From: Bacteroidales bacterium
GTDB taxonomy: Bacteria > Bacteroidota > Bacteroidia > Bacteroidales > UBA932
NCBI GenBank assembly: GCA_017651465.1
Contig: JAGCCX010000049.1
Span: 4,909 to 68,908 of the forward strand
DNA length: 64,000 bases
Direction of reading: 5' to 3'
The translations under genes were made by a program, and so were the position numbers. Positions 34,367-42,928 of the stretch are shown piece after piece (within the stretch, counting starts at the first letter, position 1; each line of letters begins with the position of its first letter). The notes below the pieces were generated by a model, which ran no database searches, had not been told where the DNA came from, and worked only from the letters and a program-made list of their open reading frames with translations.

Positions 34367-36463
34367 CTAGAACTTCATACCGGTTCCAACCATTATAAAG
34401 GAGTAGATATCCGCTTGCTCCTCAAGCACTTTCGCCAGGGGCTTGCCGCCGCCGTGGCCCGCTTTGGAGTCGATACGGATGAGCGTCGGGTTGGGTCCTG
34501 CGTTGCATTCCTGCAGGGTGGCTGCAAACTTGAACGAGTGGGCCGGCACTACGCGGTCGTCGTGGTCGGCGGTGGTTACGAGAGTCGCGGGATATGACAC
34601 TCCGGGTTTGAGGTTATGCAGGGGAGAGTAGCCCAGCAGGTACTTGAACATCTCGGGGCTGTCCTCGCTGGTTCCGTAGTCGGAGGCCCAGTTCCAGCCT
34701 ATCGTGAACTTGTGGTAGCGGAGCATATCCATCACTCCCACCTGAGGGATGGCAACGGCGTATAGCTCAGGACGTTGCGTCATACAGGCACCCACCAGCA
34801 ACCCACCGTTGGAGCCACCCACTATGGACAGGTGCTCCGGGCTGGTATAGCCTTGCTCTATCAGCCATTCGGCCGCTCCTATGAAGTCGTCGAAAACGTT
34901 CTGCTTGTTCATCTTGGTGCCTGCCAAATGCCAGGGCTCCCCGTATTCGCCGCCTCCGCGGAGGTTCACCTGCGCGTATATGCCGCCCCTTTCGAGGAAG
35001 GGTACGCGGGTGGCTGAGAATCCCGGACGCAGGGAAATGTCGAAGCCGCCGTAGCCGTACAGGTACACCGGGTTCTGCCCGTTGAGCTCCAGCCCCTTAC
35101 GGTAGGTCAGGAACATAGGGATGCGGGTGCCGTCCTTGGAGGGGAAGAACACCTGGATGCTTTCCAGTTCCGACAGGTCGAAATTGGTGCGGGGCTCTTT
35201 GTACACGCTGCTCTCTCCGCTGTTGATGTCCAGGCTGTAGATGGTGCCGGGAGTGGTAAAGGAAGAATACGTGTAGTAGCACCAGTCCTCGCCTTTGCGG
35301 CCCGCAAAGCCGGCGCTGCCCACTCCGGGAAGCGTCAGAGCCTGAACTCCGCTGCCGTCGATATTGCAGATGTAGGCGTGCGTGGATGCATCCTCGTTGT
35401 AGCTGGCAATGATTTTGTCGCCCACGAAGCTTACATTCTCCAGGACGCAGTCGCGCTCGGGGATGAGGTCGCGCCAGGAGGAGCAGTGGGGCTTGCGCAC
35501 GTCGGCCGTGACCAGGCGGTTCATCGGCGCTCCGTAGTTGGTGAAGATATAGATAGTGTCGCCGTCGGTCTCGACAGGGGTGCAGTTGCTCTTCATATCG
35601 GAGGTCATAAGGATGAAGTCTCCACCCCGCTTCAAGTCTTTGACGTACAGGTTGTTACCATTGTCGGCGCCACTCTCGGAAAGGAAGGCCATAGTCTCCT
35701 CCTCGTTGATATCTACGCTGTAGAAGCGAAGGGGCTCGGCCGGATTGCTGTAAAACAACTCGTCCTCGCTCTGGTCGGTGCCTATCTTGTGGTAGTAAAT
35801 CTTCTGGACTTCGTTCTTGCCGCTGAAGGCACCCACTCCCTCGGCGGGAGCGTCGTAGGCGCTGTAGTAGAAGCCCTCGCCCCTCCAGGCCGCGCCGGAG
35901 AACTTGGCCCACTCGATATGGTCGGGAAGGAGCTCGCGGGTGGCGGTGTCCATAACGTAGAACTCCTGCCAGTCGCTGCCGCTGCGGGAGATGGAGTAAG
36001 CCAGAAGCTTGCCGTCACCACTGAAGTACACGCCCTTGAGGGCCACGGTGCCGTCGTCACTCAGGGTATTGGGGTCCAGCAGCACGTGGGGCTCGGCGTC
36101 GGGGGAGTCCATCTCGTAGAGGACGCTCTGGTTCTGGAGTCCGTCGTTCTTGTAGAAGTACCACTTGCCGTTCTTGTGGCGCACGGGAGCGCCGACTTTC
36201 TCGTAGTCGTTGACTTCCTTGAGGCGATCCAGGAGCTTGCCCCTGAAGGGGATGCCCTTGAGATAGTGGTCGGTGTACTTGTTCTGGGCCTCCACCCAGG
36301 CTGCGGTTTCGGGCGAGAGGTCGTCCTCCAGCCAGCGGTAAGGGTCGGGCACGGCCGTCCCGAAATAATCATCGACTGTGGCGTCTTTGCGGGTCTGCGG
36401 CATCTGAGGCGCGCAGGAAGCGATGGCAAGTATGCTCATTGCGGCAATAAAGAATTTTCTCAT
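34367..36463 (-). CDS. Prolyl oligopeptidase (S9A) lipoprotein
   Basis: Lipobox LAIASC. Sequence YRWLEDD at the N-terminus, a beta-propeller region, and the catalytic GGSNGGLL...DHDDRVVP...GHG. Confidence 0.93.
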   Translation of the reverse strand: MRKFFIAAMSILAIASCAPQMPQTRKDATVDDYFGTAVPDPYRWLEDDLSPETAAWVEAQNKYTDHYLKGIPFRGKLLDRLKEVNDYEKVGAPVRHKNGKWYFYKNDGLQNQSVLYEMDSPDAEPHVLLDPNTLSDDGTVALKGVYFSGDGKLLAYSISRSGSDWQEFYVMDTATRELLPDHIEWAKFSGAAWRGEGFYYSAYDAPAEGVGAFSGKNEVQKIYYHKIGTDQSEDELFYSNPAEPLRFYSVDINEEETMAFLSESGADNGNNLYVKDLKRGGDFILMTSDMKSNCTPVETDGDTIYIFTNYGAPMNRLVTADVRKPHCSSWRDLIPERDCVLENVSFVGDKIIASYNEDASTHAYICNIDGSGVQALTLPGVGSAGFAGRKGEDWCYYTYSSFTTPGTIYSLDINSGESSVYKEPRTNFDLSELESIQVFFPSKDGTRIPMFLTYRKGLELNGQNPVYLYGYGGFDISLRPGFSATRVPFLERGGIYAQVNLRGGGEYGEPWHLAGTKMNKQNVFDDFIGAAEWLIEQGYTSPEHLSIVGGSNGGLLVGACMTQRPELYAVAIPQVGVMDMLRYHKFTIGWNWASDYGTSEDSPEMFKYLLGYSPLHNLKPGVSYPATLVTTADHDDRVVPAHSFKFAATLQECNAGPNPTLIRIDSKAGHGGGKPLAKVLEEQADIYSFIMVGTGMKF

Positions 36464-36467
36464 ACCG

Positions 36468-36475
36468 CAAATATA
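36468..36475 (-). promoter_or_regulatory. -7 promoter box (TATATTTG on minus strand) immediately 5' of the prolyl oligopeptidase ATG
   Basis: The plus strand reads caaatata, with only 4 nt between the box and the ATG at 36463. Confidence 0.4.
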
Positions 36476-36487
36476 GAAAAAATGTTG

Positions 36488-39373
36488 TCAATAGCAGGTG
36501 TACGGTCCGTATGTGGCTTCGACGCTGTAGGAGAAGTCGGTGTCGCGTAGCTTGTAAACGTAGAACTGCGAGCCCCCGGGGCTGACACGTATCACAAAGT
36601 GGCCGCCGTAGTCCTTGACTTTGCTTCCGAGGCCCTCGACGGGTGTGCCGCCTTTGATATCGACGGTATTGTCGAGGCGTCCCTGGTGGATGTTGGTTAT
36701 AAACACGTCACCCCACTGGCGGTGGAAGCTGAAAGCCGGGTCGCCTGGCTTGTCGGAGTCGAATATCTGGGCCACGGTTACTTTGGGCCGCAGTATGTTG
36801 GAGGTCGCGGCATCTATGGTATTGTAATACATATGGTGGCCGGCTTTCATCGCCTCGACCTTCTTGTTGAGCGAGGACACGATCTTCTGCATCACCCCCG
36901 TCTGGCAAGCGCAGTCGCCGCCGGAGTAATAGTCAAAGTTGCCGTACGATATGAGCACGGTGGCGCAGAGGCCATTTTCGGTCAACGAACCGCCGTAGGA
37001 GGTGAAGCTGCTGCCGTTCCAGTACTTACCGTTGGCTCCCAGGTTGTACACGGTGAAGTCGTACGAACTGTCGTACTTGAGCACGAACTGCTTCTTGTAA
37101 TTGCCGCTGGCGGTCATATTGAAGGCGTACCATTCCATACCGTCGTTGGTCTTGCGGTACTGGGCGAATTGCCTGAAATCTTCATATACGCTCTCGCTGT
37201 AGTCCGAAGAAGACGGGCTCGACCCCGGTCCGCAGCGGTCCACCAGCTTTTTGATGGGAAGGTCGTCATATACCGCCATCACTCCGGTGCGGCAGTAGCC
37301 GTCGCCCGAACTGCCGTAGGCCGCGCGGTGCTGGCCCATATGATCCTGATGGTAGTGGGTAAGGAAGAAGAAGTCGAGATAATCGTGCCCCGTGGGGCCG
37401 AGGAAGTACTTGGCGTAGGTGGTATAGACCTTATAAGGGCGTATGCCGGCCGAAGGTTTGCGGTCCACTGCGGTGGCGGAACTTGTCTCGTACTCGCCGG
37501 CGTCAATCATCATCGAGGTTCCGTCGGGCATAATCACCAGTGTGCATTCGCCGCGCCCCGAATTGATGGCGTGGATGTCGAGATAGCCTTTCTGCCAGGC
37601 GGGAAGCGTTTTTTCGCCGGGCTGGGGTATGGGATCGGGGTCTGAGGTACCCTCGCAGAGCACAGGCCTGATGGCAAGGCACTTCTGCACGTGCCCCACG
37701 CTCCAGGCGGCGTCGGAGTTGAGGTGAATGGTGTAGCCGTAGTCGCAGCTGTTGCCGGCACGGAAGCCGAGAATGGTGGTGCTATGGTCGGAGTCGGGGT
37801 ATTTGGCAAGGTCGAGTCCGGAGAATACGGAAGAGCGGTAGTAGCCCTGGGTGTTTACGTAATTGATTGATAAATTGCCGTTTATAAAGCGTCCCCGGCC
37901 CGTCTTCGGAAGGAACAGGCCGCTTTCGAGGTCGGCTTCCGTGAACTCGCGTGCAGTGGTGTTAAGGGTGGATTCCTCCCACGATGGGGTACTTGTGAGG
38001 AGGATTCCGTAAATGCGGTTGTTCCCGACGCTAACGTATCCTGCCTGCCCGCTGGCGTTCGTGGGAGCGCTTCCGGCGCGCAGAGTCTGTATTTCTGCAG
38101 ATTCGGGCATACGGTATTGCCCTTTGCTGGCCCAGAAAGCCACGTCGCCGTGGAGGGCGGATCCGGTGGCGAAGGAGCCGCCGGAAGGAGAGGCAAAGCA
38201 GTCATCTCCTGTTACTTCAGCGGCATCAAGGTCATCGGCGCTGCCCCCGGAGGCGCTGAAAATGCGCCCCGAGATGTTGTACTTGGCTGTGGTGGGGAGC
38301 ATATAGCCTGCATCGGACTTATAAGCATCGCCCGCCAGGCCGCCCCAGTTGAAACGGTCGAACGCGGTGGCGCTTTGGGTGAAGGTGACGGCGTTGCCCG
38401 AAGTGCCCACCTGGTCGCAGCCCAGGAATTCATATTGATGCGAGGCTATGCGCCAGCCGTTCTGGAAGCCCTTTGAGGTGGCCCCTCCGCTCTGGGCGAT
38501 GAGGTTGCCCGCAGCCCAGGCTATATTCTCGACTATGCGTACCTCGCTGCTGCGGGTGCATTTGGAGCGGACGTTGAGGGTGGGCATCGCCAGATAGTCC
38601 CGGGCCCCGAGGCTTGTGGAGGAGCGGGCGAACTTTATGCTCTCCAACCCCTCGATGAAAGTCTCGTCACCGTCCAGCAGGCCGATGCTGAGTTCGGAAT
38701 AATCTCCTGCAGGGATTGCGATCCGGAACTTCAGGTCGGTGCCGAAGCCCTCGCCGCAGGGGAACGAGATGGCGCGGGTCGAGGAAATATTCTCCGTCTG
38801 AATGGGCTCGAGAGTGGAGGTATTGAAGCTGAAATCGCCGCTGATGCGCTTGTCGCCCGCCTGGAGAACCAAGGCGCGGGCGTAGGCCGGAATATCGTGC
38901 AGGGTGATGTCCACCACGGGAGCGAGGTGCACGAAGTAAAGGTCCTGCGGCTGTGAGCCCTCCAGGGCGCCCACGTGGGAGGCCATTATTGCGGGCACAT
39001 CGTCCGAACGTTCCGAGCGCCAGGGAATGCTGATGCTCCCGGGAGAGTCGTCTGCAAGCTCGTAAGGATATACGGCTACTGCCCCCGGCTGGCCTGAGAA
39101 GGAACTGCAGGTAAAGGTGCCGGAAGAGCTGCCGGCGCCGCTGGTGAGCGTGGCGCGGAACTTGGTTCCGGCCGAGTTGTACAAGGCTATCTCATCGCCT
39201 GCGGTCCAGGTCATCTTGCCGCTGGAGGCTACCGCCACCTTGCTTTCAGGCGCGGGGGTATGCGCCGTTACCACCAGGGTCCTGGCGTCTCCGGGGCATT
39301 CCGTGGTTACCTTTTCTCTCTGGCAGGCTGCCGCGGCCAGGAGGATCGCAAGCAATGCTGATAGTTTTTTCAT
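36488..39373 (-). CDS. Surface lipoprotein, 961 aa: fimbrillin-like N-module + FISUMP/DUF1566-like lectin-type module + ComEC-type metallo-beta-lactamase-fold module
   Basis: Lipobox LLAAAAC. N-module GKMTWTAGDEIALY...SGTFTC...VAVYPYE. Middle module IAWAAGNL...FWASKGQYRMPESAEIQTL...GLFLPKTGRG...AIRPV. C-terminal module LPAWQKGYLDIHAINSGRGE...IDAGE...THYHQDHMG...MKAGHH...GHFVIRVSPGG...GPYTCY. ATGA overlap with the upstream gene. Confidence 0.85.
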   Translation of the reverse strand: MKKLSALLAILLAAAACQREKVTTECPGDARTLVVTAHTPAPESKVAVASSGKMTWTAGDEIALYNSAGTKFRATLTSGAGSSSGTFTCSSFSGQPGAVAVYPYELADDSPGSISIPWRSERSDDVPAIMASHVGALEGSQPQDLYFVHLAPVVDITLHDIPAYARALVLQAGDKRISGDFSFNTSTLEPIQTENISSTRAISFPCGEGFGTDLKFRIAIPAGDYSELSIGLLDGDETFIEGLESIKFARSSTSLGARDYLAMPTLNVRSKCTRSSEVRIVENIAWAAGNLIAQSGGATSKGFQNGWRIASHQYEFLGCDQVGTSGNAVTFTQSATAFDRFNWGGLAGDAYKSDAGYMLPTTAKYNISGRIFSASGGSADDLDAAEVTGDDCFASPSGGSFATGSALHGDVAFWASKGQYRMPESAEIQTLRAGSAPTNASGQAGYVSVGNNRIYGILLTSTPSWEESTLNTTAREFTEADLESGLFLPKTGRGRFINGNLSINYVNTQGYYRSSVFSGLDLAKYPDSDHSTTILGFRAGNSCDYGYTIHLNSDAAWSVGHVQKCLAIRPVLCEGTSDPDPIPQPGEKTLPAWQKGYLDIHAINSGRGECTLVIMPDGTSMMIDAGEYETSSATAVDRKPSAGIRPYKVYTTYAKYFLGPTGHDYLDFFFLTHYHQDHMGQHRAAYGSSGDGYCRTGVMAVYDDLPIKKLVDRCGPGSSPSSSDYSESVYEDFRQFAQYRKTNDGMEWYAFNMTASGNYKKQFVLKYDSSYDFTVYNLGANGKYWNGSSFTSYGGSLTENGLCATVLISYGNFDYYSGGDCACQTGVMQKIVSSLNKKVEAMKAGHHMYYNTIDAATSNILRPKVTVAQIFDSDKPGDPAFSFHRQWGDVFITNIHQGRLDNTVDIKGGTPVEGLGSKVKDYGGHFVIRVSPGGSQFYVYKLRDTDFSYSVEATYGPYTCY

Positions 39374-42300
39374 CGGATATGATAGGTGTTACTGTCGTTG
39401 AGGGCAATGTCTTTGGCTGCGCTGCGGAGCTTTGTAGCATCAGCCGCTGCAATGCCGCAGGTGGCGGGCGCGGAACCGAAGTCCTGGCCGTACATAATCA
39501 AGTAAGAGGTGCAGGCTTTGAGGTACTGGCACTCCCTTGAGGGGTGGGCGTTGTCGGTGTAATTAAGGTAATTATAGCCTGAGGCGTAACCGTAATTGTT
39601 GCGGGCGTTCCTGACAGCCGTACCTACCGGACTGATCCAGTTAATGTTAGGGTCGGCCTCGGCCAGGGCGAAGGCTCCGGTGAGCTGGAGTTCGTCGTAG
39701 GCATCGTAGCTCCCGAATCCGTAGAAATCACCGGCCTTGGTGGGCGACGACTTGCACAGCTCGTACATTATCTGGGCACTGGGCGAGGCGGCCCGCACGG
39801 CGGCGTTCATCTCCTTGGTGTACTGAAGTATCTGCGCGGGAGTGTAGGCTGCCCCGCCGGTAACTACGGAGGCGTCTCCGTAGGCATATTCGGCGGCAAA
39901 GTAGGTGCCGTCCTGAAGAAGGGCAAAATCGTATCCGCCCTCATTTATGGCCTCCTGAGAATACTCCAGGCCGTACAGGTGGTTGTAGTAATGCTGCGAG
40001 CCCTTGAGGTTGATCCTTATTTCCAGCTGGTGGCCTTCTTTGCGGGCCAGTTCCTTGAGCAGGAAGGCGGAGCCGAAGTAATAGGTGAAGGAGTTGCCGA
40101 GGACCAGCAGTTTCTTGGTGTCCTTTACCGCGGGTGCATCGGGATAGGCGATGAAGCGCACCGCCTCGTAAGTGAGGGGGGCGAAGTATAGCTGGGCTTC
40201 CGACGAGGGGGTAAGGGTGGCCCCGTTGCCGTTGATCTTGCCCACGGCGCGAAGGCGAACCTTTACAAAGTCGTTGGTGACGGCCTTGTGCAAGGTAAAG
40301 CTCAGGACCAGAGTGCGATAGCAAGAAGATGCCGGGCGCAGTATGGTGCAGGAGTACTTGACTGAAGGGTCTTCGGTCGCCGTGTAAGGGGCGTCGCCGC
40401 TCTTCCACTCTCCGTCTTCCCAATACTCAAGCAGCCAGTACTTGGGAAGGGCCTTGTTGTTGGCGTTTACTGTAAGCATAAGGTCGAAGTCGGTTCCGGC
40501 CGGGATGCTTTCTACCGAGGAGCAGAATTCGATGCAGTCGCCCTCGTCCAGGCCTCCGATGGCAGGACAGCCGTCGGAGTTGATGGTGTGCTTGAGCGAC
40601 CCGCTGGCCTTGGTCCGGCTGGTGGCGATGAATGCCGTGCCGGTAGTGGATGACCTGTTGGTGGCTATCGCCCGTCCGTTGTCTATCCACTCCTTTCCGG
40701 CCGCGGTGGGTGAGCTTGCGCTGCCGTAGAAGCCGGAAGTTATTTCCCATAACGCAGGGAATCCGTTGCCCGATGCCTCGGGGGTCGGAGGATCTACGGT
40801 GGGCTCGGAAGGAATAGTGGCCAGATAGACAGGGCGGACAGACAGTCCGGCAGGAGGGCCGAACAGATTGCAAGTGCGTGAAGAAGAAATGGTTATGCTC
40901 TCAGATGATACGGAGTCCCCGAATATCGGGCGTCCAACAGAGGAGCCGTCGGAGTGCATATAGAGCATTTGCGGACGGTGGCTCTGTACGCCCGAAGCTG
41001 CCATAGCCGACGACCAGTAGGCTCCGGTGGTGCCGCCATCGGTTATTTCGGAGCTGGCAGGGGTCCAGTTGGCAAGGACGGCCTTGGTCTCGACAGCCCT
41101 TTCGGCGCAGGGCTTCCTGTAGCCCGCCAGGGGGAGGAACAGACCGCTCTCCATATCGCCCTCGTCAAGCTTGCGGAAGCTCAAGTCGATGGTGCGTGCC
41201 TGCCATTCTCCGCAGGTGGTGAACAAGATTCCGTAGATGCGCTGCCCCGAGGCCTCGTAATAGCCGGCCTGCTGGTTGGCATTGTTCACAAGTGCCTCAA
41301 AGTCAGAGGGCCCGGGCATCATATACTGGCCCTTGCTGGCCCAGAAAACAAGGTCGCCGTAGTAGCTGGAGAAGGTCTTTACGCTTGCGGGAGTGCCGTT
41401 GGTAGCCCATTCTTTGGGATGGGTGTTGCCGTCGTTGTTGCCGCTGTAAAAGAAGTAGGGGGCGCCTTTGCCGGTGCCGTCCAGAAGGCTGTAGTCGAAG
41501 GCGCGCTCGCCGGTGCCGTCCCAGTAGCGGAATAATCGGCCTTGAAAGTCAAGTGCAGCCCCGCGCGGCCAGATGTAAGTGAAGTATGCCACCAGAGTGC
41601 CGCTGGCGACCCCTTTGTTGGGATACACGCTCACGCTGTCGGTTTGATAGGACGCGGCCGAGATTCCTCCCCAGTTGAAATGGTCGTAGTTCGACTGAGT
41701 GTCGCTGCCGCCCTTAAAGTCCCACTGGTTTGAGTGTAAGCCCCATCCGGGGACCCAGTTGTCCCGCGAGACAGACTGGTCACGAAGCAGGTTTCCCCTG
41801 GCCCATTTGGTACCGTGCACCTTGATGAATTCGGAGCGTGAAGCGCCCGTGAGTGCGCGTATGTTGAGGGCGGGCATCTGCACGAAGTCGCCAACCTTGA
41901 GGCTTGCCGACGTGGGCGGAACCGGAATGTCGCAGCCCTCCAAAGGGTCTCCGTCTCCGTCCAGTACCTGTACCTTGAGGTCGGTAAAGTCGTAGGCCGG
42001 CACGGGGAAATACAGTTCAACGGTGGCGTCGGGGCCGTATGCGGTTTTGGGCGGGAAGTAGATGATGCGGCTGTCGGCAGGGCCTCCCGTGCTGAAGCTC
42101 ACCCCGTCGGCGGATGACTTGATGGTAAAGTCTCCGGTCAACTGGGCCCCCGTTGCAGATTCCAGCTTGAACGCTCGTGCGTAAGCAGGCAAGTCCTTGA
42201 GGGTGAAGGCCATAATTGACATAAGGTGGCTAAAATGGACGGCGTTGATCTGGTCGCCGGACAGTTCGAGAGGCGATGCCATCACCGCCGGAACATTGTC

Positions 42301-42663
42301 GGAGTATTCGACATAGGACGGTAACGATACCGTGCCGGCCCTGCTGCCGGCAAACGCTGCGGGATGAACCGCAAACCGCGTGTCGAGGGTGCCTGAGATG
42401 CTGCCGGTGAACTTGCCGGAGTTGGTGCCGGCGCCTTCCGACAGGCTGAGGTCGAACTTGTCGCCGCTGGTGTTATATACGGCAATTGCATCGCCCTCGG
42501 TCCACGTCATCTTGCCGCGGTCGCTGGCGAGTTTGGTGGCAGGGATCGAGGCTTGGACCGTGATGCTGCGCAGGTCGAGGCATACGGGACTCTCTTCCGC
42601 CTCTTTGGAGCAGGCGATGGATGCCAAAGCCGCACAGATAAGAATTGTCACTGCGGGTCTCAT
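39370..42663 (-). CDS. Surface lipoprotein, 1097 aa: fimbrillin-like N-module + FISUMP/DUF1566-like module + unknown module + SGNH-like (DUF4886-type) C-module
   Basis: Lipobox ALASIAC followed by SKEAEES. N-module GKMTWTEGDAIAVY...SGKFTGS...FAVHPAAF. Middle module TKWARGNL...VFWASKGQYMMPGPSDFEAL...GLFLPLAGYR...SVRPV. C-terminal module KKLLVLGNSFTYYFGSAFLLKELARKEGHQLEI...DFALLQDG. Confidence 0.83.
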   Translation of the reverse strand: MRPAVTILICAALASIACSKEAEESPVCLDLRSITVQASIPATKLASDRGKMTWTEGDAIAVYNTSGDKFDLSLSEGAGTNSGKFTGSISGTLDTRFAVHPAAFAGSRAGTVSLPSYVEYSDNVPAVMASPLELSGDQINAVHFSHLMSIMAFTLKDLPAYARAFKLESATGAQLTGDFTIKSSADGVSFSTGGPADSRIIYFPPKTAYGPDATVELYFPVPAYDFTDLKVQVLDGDGDPLEGCDIPVPPTSASLKVGDFVQMPALNIRALTGASRSEFIKVHGTKWARGNLLRDQSVSRDNWVPGWGLHSNQWDFKGGSDTQSNYDHFNWGGISAASYQTDSVSVYPNKGVASGTLVAYFTYIWPRGAALDFQGRLFRYWDGTGERAFDYSLLDGTGKGAPYFFYSGNNDGNTHPKEWATNGTPASVKTFSSYYGDLVFWASKGQYMMPGPSDFEALVNNANQQAGYYEASGQRIYGILFTTCGEWQARTIDLSFRKLDEGDMESGLFLPLAGYRKPCAERAVETKAVLANWTPASSEITDGGTTGAYWSSAMAASGVQSHRPQMLYMHSDGSSVGRPIFGDSVSSESITISSSRTCNLFGPPAGLSVRPVYLATIPSEPTVDPPTPEASGNGFPALWEITSGFYGSASSPTAAGKEWIDNGRAIATNRSSTTGTAFIATSRTKASGSLKHTINSDGCPAIGGLDEGDCIEFCSSVESIPAGTDFDLMLTVNANNKALPKYWLLEYWEDGEWKSGDAPYTATEDPSVKYSCTILRPASSCYRTLVLSFTLHKAVTNDFVKVRLRAVGKINGNGATLTPSSEAQLYFAPLTYEAVRFIAYPDAPAVKDTKKLLVLGNSFTYYFGSAFLLKELARKEGHQLEIRINLKGSQHYYNHLYGLEYSQEAINEGGYDFALLQDGTYFAAEYAYGDASVVTGGAAYTPAQILQYTKEMNAAVRAASPSAQIMYELCKSSPTKAGDFYGFGSYDAYDELQLTGAFALAEADPNINWISPVGTAVRNARNNYGYASGYNYLNYTDNAHPSRECQYLKACTSYLIMYGQDFGSAPATCGIAAADATKLRSAAKDIALNDSNTYHIR

Positions 42664-42667
42664 AGCA

Positions 42668-42805
42668 TCAATAAGTTAAGTCGGAATCCCATTCACCCTC
42701 GCGGTATTCCATATCCTCCAGATTGGACTGGCAAAGCAACTGCCGGGGAACTTGCTCCCCCCAGCAGGCCTGCGGCGCGGAATAATTGTTCGTTTTAGGT
42801 ATCAT
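42668..42805 (-). CDS. sORF family member 1 (45 aa): MIPKTNNYSAPQACWGEQVPRQLLCQSNLEDMEYREGEWDSDLTY
   Basis: This is the C-terminal part of ORF-track entry 42668..42904, taken from the internal ATG at 42805. The TGA stop lies 4 nt before the ATG of the 1097-aa lipoprotein gene. It is homologous to the sORFs at 13993, 45435 and 59009. Confidence 0.5.
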   Translation of the reverse strand: MIPKTNNYSAPQACWGEQVPRQLLCQSNLEDMEYREGEWDSDLTY

Positions 42806-42928
42806 ACCTTTTCTTCGTGTTAACAGAAATCCTCGTACTCCTAATGCGATTACCCCGGGCTTCAGCACCCGGATGCCTTCATACAATGAGGCACCCAGGT
42901 GCATTCAACCAGGTTTCTACCACCACGT

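Noticed and set aside
35378-37645. Long plus-strand ORFs (35378..36550, 36599..37645). Analogous cases are 45804..46847, 49999..50805, 51463..52989, 5765..6775, 14519..15586, 19639..20544 and 30469..31518.
   Set aside because: All are antisense to genes with clear family motifs. I treat them as GC-driven open frames, not genes.
42806-42928. Terminator or promoter in the 123-nt spacer between the GLUG gene and sORF1
   Set aside because: Only a weak 5-bp stem (ccggg...cccgg) is present, and there is no TAnnTTTG match on the minus strand. I could not support either a terminator or a promoter, so read-through from upstream is assumed.
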